16,682 bases of DNA, taken from a bacterium. GTDB taxonomy: Bacteria; Sysuimicrobiota; Sysuimicrobiia; Sysuimicrobiales; Humicultoraceae. Shown here in pieces: positions 15,705 to 16,682 of this stretch. A program made the translations under genes and the position numbers. The notes beneath the pieces are model-generated. The model was not told the origin of the DNA and searched no databases. It was given only the letters and a program-made list of their open reading frames with translations. Position 1 is the first letter of the stretch, and every line of letters begins with the position of its first letter. The stretch covers positions 1 to 16,682 of the forward strand of contig JBGQGY010000086.1 in NCBI GenBank assembly GCA_041497675.1. The letters are read 5' to 3'.

Positions 15705-16682
15705 ATGCACGCAATGCGCACGAGCCGGTCCGCCGTCCTGGCACGTCGGGGCATGATCGCTTCAGGCCATCCGCTGGCGACCGCCGCCGGTCTCGAGGTG
15801 CTCGCGGCGGGCGGCAACGCGATCGATGCCGCAGTCGCCACTGCCGGCGTCCTTGGCGTCGCGCAGCCGATGATGAGTGGGGTCGGCGGCGATACGTTCA
15901 TCGTCGTCTATCGCAAGCGCGAGGGCCGGGTCTGGGCGCTCAACGGCAGCGGCCCCGCGCCTGCCGGCGCGACGCGCGACTTCTTCATCGACCGCGGGCA
16001 CACCAAGATGCCGCTGCGCGGGATGCTCGCGCCGTCGGTGCCCGGCGCCGTGGCGTCGATGGAGATGGCGTTGCAGCGGTGGGGCACCGGAACGTTCAGC
16101 CTCGATCGGCTGCTTGGGCCCGCGATCAGGTACGCCGAAGAGGGTGTGCCGGTGGCGCGTAAGATCGCGTACTGGATGCAAGAGGCCGCGCCCGCGCTGG
16201 CCAAGTACCCGTCATCGGCGGCGATCTTCCTTCCGAAAGGCCGGTCGCTCGCCGAGGGTGAACTACTGGTCCAGCGCGATCTGTCGAAAACGTTGCGGGC
16301 GATCGCTTCGGGCGGCGCCGACGCGTTCTATCGCGGACCCATTAGCGAAGTCATCGGCCGATACAGCCACAGCCATGGCGGGTTGCTGTCGGCAGACGAC
16401 TTCGCCGGCTATGCCGCGGAGATTCACGATCCCTTGACGACGACCTATCGCGGCATCACCGTGTGCACGACTCCACCGCCGTCTCATGGATTTCTGCTCT
16501 TGGAGATGCTCAACGTGCTGGAAGGTCTTGCTGCGGCCCCATGGGGCTCGCCGGACTGGGTGCACCAGGGGGTCGAGGCCAAGAAACTCGCCTACGCCGA
16601 CCGGGTGGCCTACATCGGCGATCCAAAGTTCGTGCGGAATCCGATCGACCGGCTGCTCGACAAAGAGTACGCGGCGCGCCGC
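15705..16682 (+). CDS. ggt: Gamma-glutamyltransferase family protein (3' truncated by window edge; no signal peptide seen)
   Basis: Not in the ORF track because there is no stop in the window. Manual translation gives MHAMRTSRSAVLARRGMIASGHPLATAAGLEVLAAGGNAIDAAVA...QPMMSGVGGD.F...LNGSGPAP...SVPGAV...AIRYAEEG...FYRG...YRG...PPPSHG...EAKKLAYADR..YIGDP. The start could be 15672, 15705 or 15714. Confidence 0.93.
   Translation, partial: MHAMRTSRSAVLARRGMIASGHPLATAAGLEVLAAGGNAIDAAVATAGVLGVAQPMMSGVGGDTFIVVYRKREGRVWALNGSGPAPAGATRDFFIDRGHTKMPLRGMLAPSVPGAVASMEMALQRWGTGTFSLDRLLGPAIRYAEEGVPVARKIAYWMQEAAPALAKYPSSAAIFLPKGRSLAEGELLVQRDLSKTLRAIASGGADAFYRGPISEVIGRYSHSHGGLLSADDFAGYAAEIHDPLTTTYRGITVCTTPPPSHGFLLLEMLNVLEGLAAAPWGSPDWVHQGVEAKKLAYADRVAYIGDPKFVRNPIDRLLDKEYAARR

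Noticed and set aside
1..16682. CRISPR arrays, tRNA/rRNA genes, known riboswitches, tandem repeat arrays
   Set aside because: Intergenic spaces are all short (155 bp or less), and no regularly spaced repeats or recognisable structured-RNA signatures were seen by eye.

Overview
A high-GC bacterial chromosomal segment (about two-thirds GC by eye) that is densely coding, with no rRNA, tRNA, CRISPR array or transposase. From left to right it holds: the 3' end of a DUF1501-type gene, a YefM/YoeB (Axe/Txe-like) type II toxin-antitoxin pair with TGTACA operator boxes, an inositol monophosphatase, and an uncharacterised 410-aa membrane protein on the minus strand. Next comes a perfect 36-bp palindrome, then a tightly coupled operon of TetR regulator, menF, menD, menB, menA, menE, menG and an S9 peptidase. 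This is classical menaquinone biosynthesis, but menH, menC and menI are absent. The right part holds a convergent M24 peptidase, a convergent nth and short mutY pair whose 3' ends overlap by 194 bp, a stand-alone DUF4383-like membrane protein gene with its own promoter and terminator, and the 5' part of a gamma-glutamyltransferase. The most notable candidate system is the TetR-led men operon. Its palindrome appears to act as the operator and also to encode mirror-image divergent promoters, which would put the unknown membrane protein in the same regulon. All calls come from motif recognition by eye; no database searches were run.
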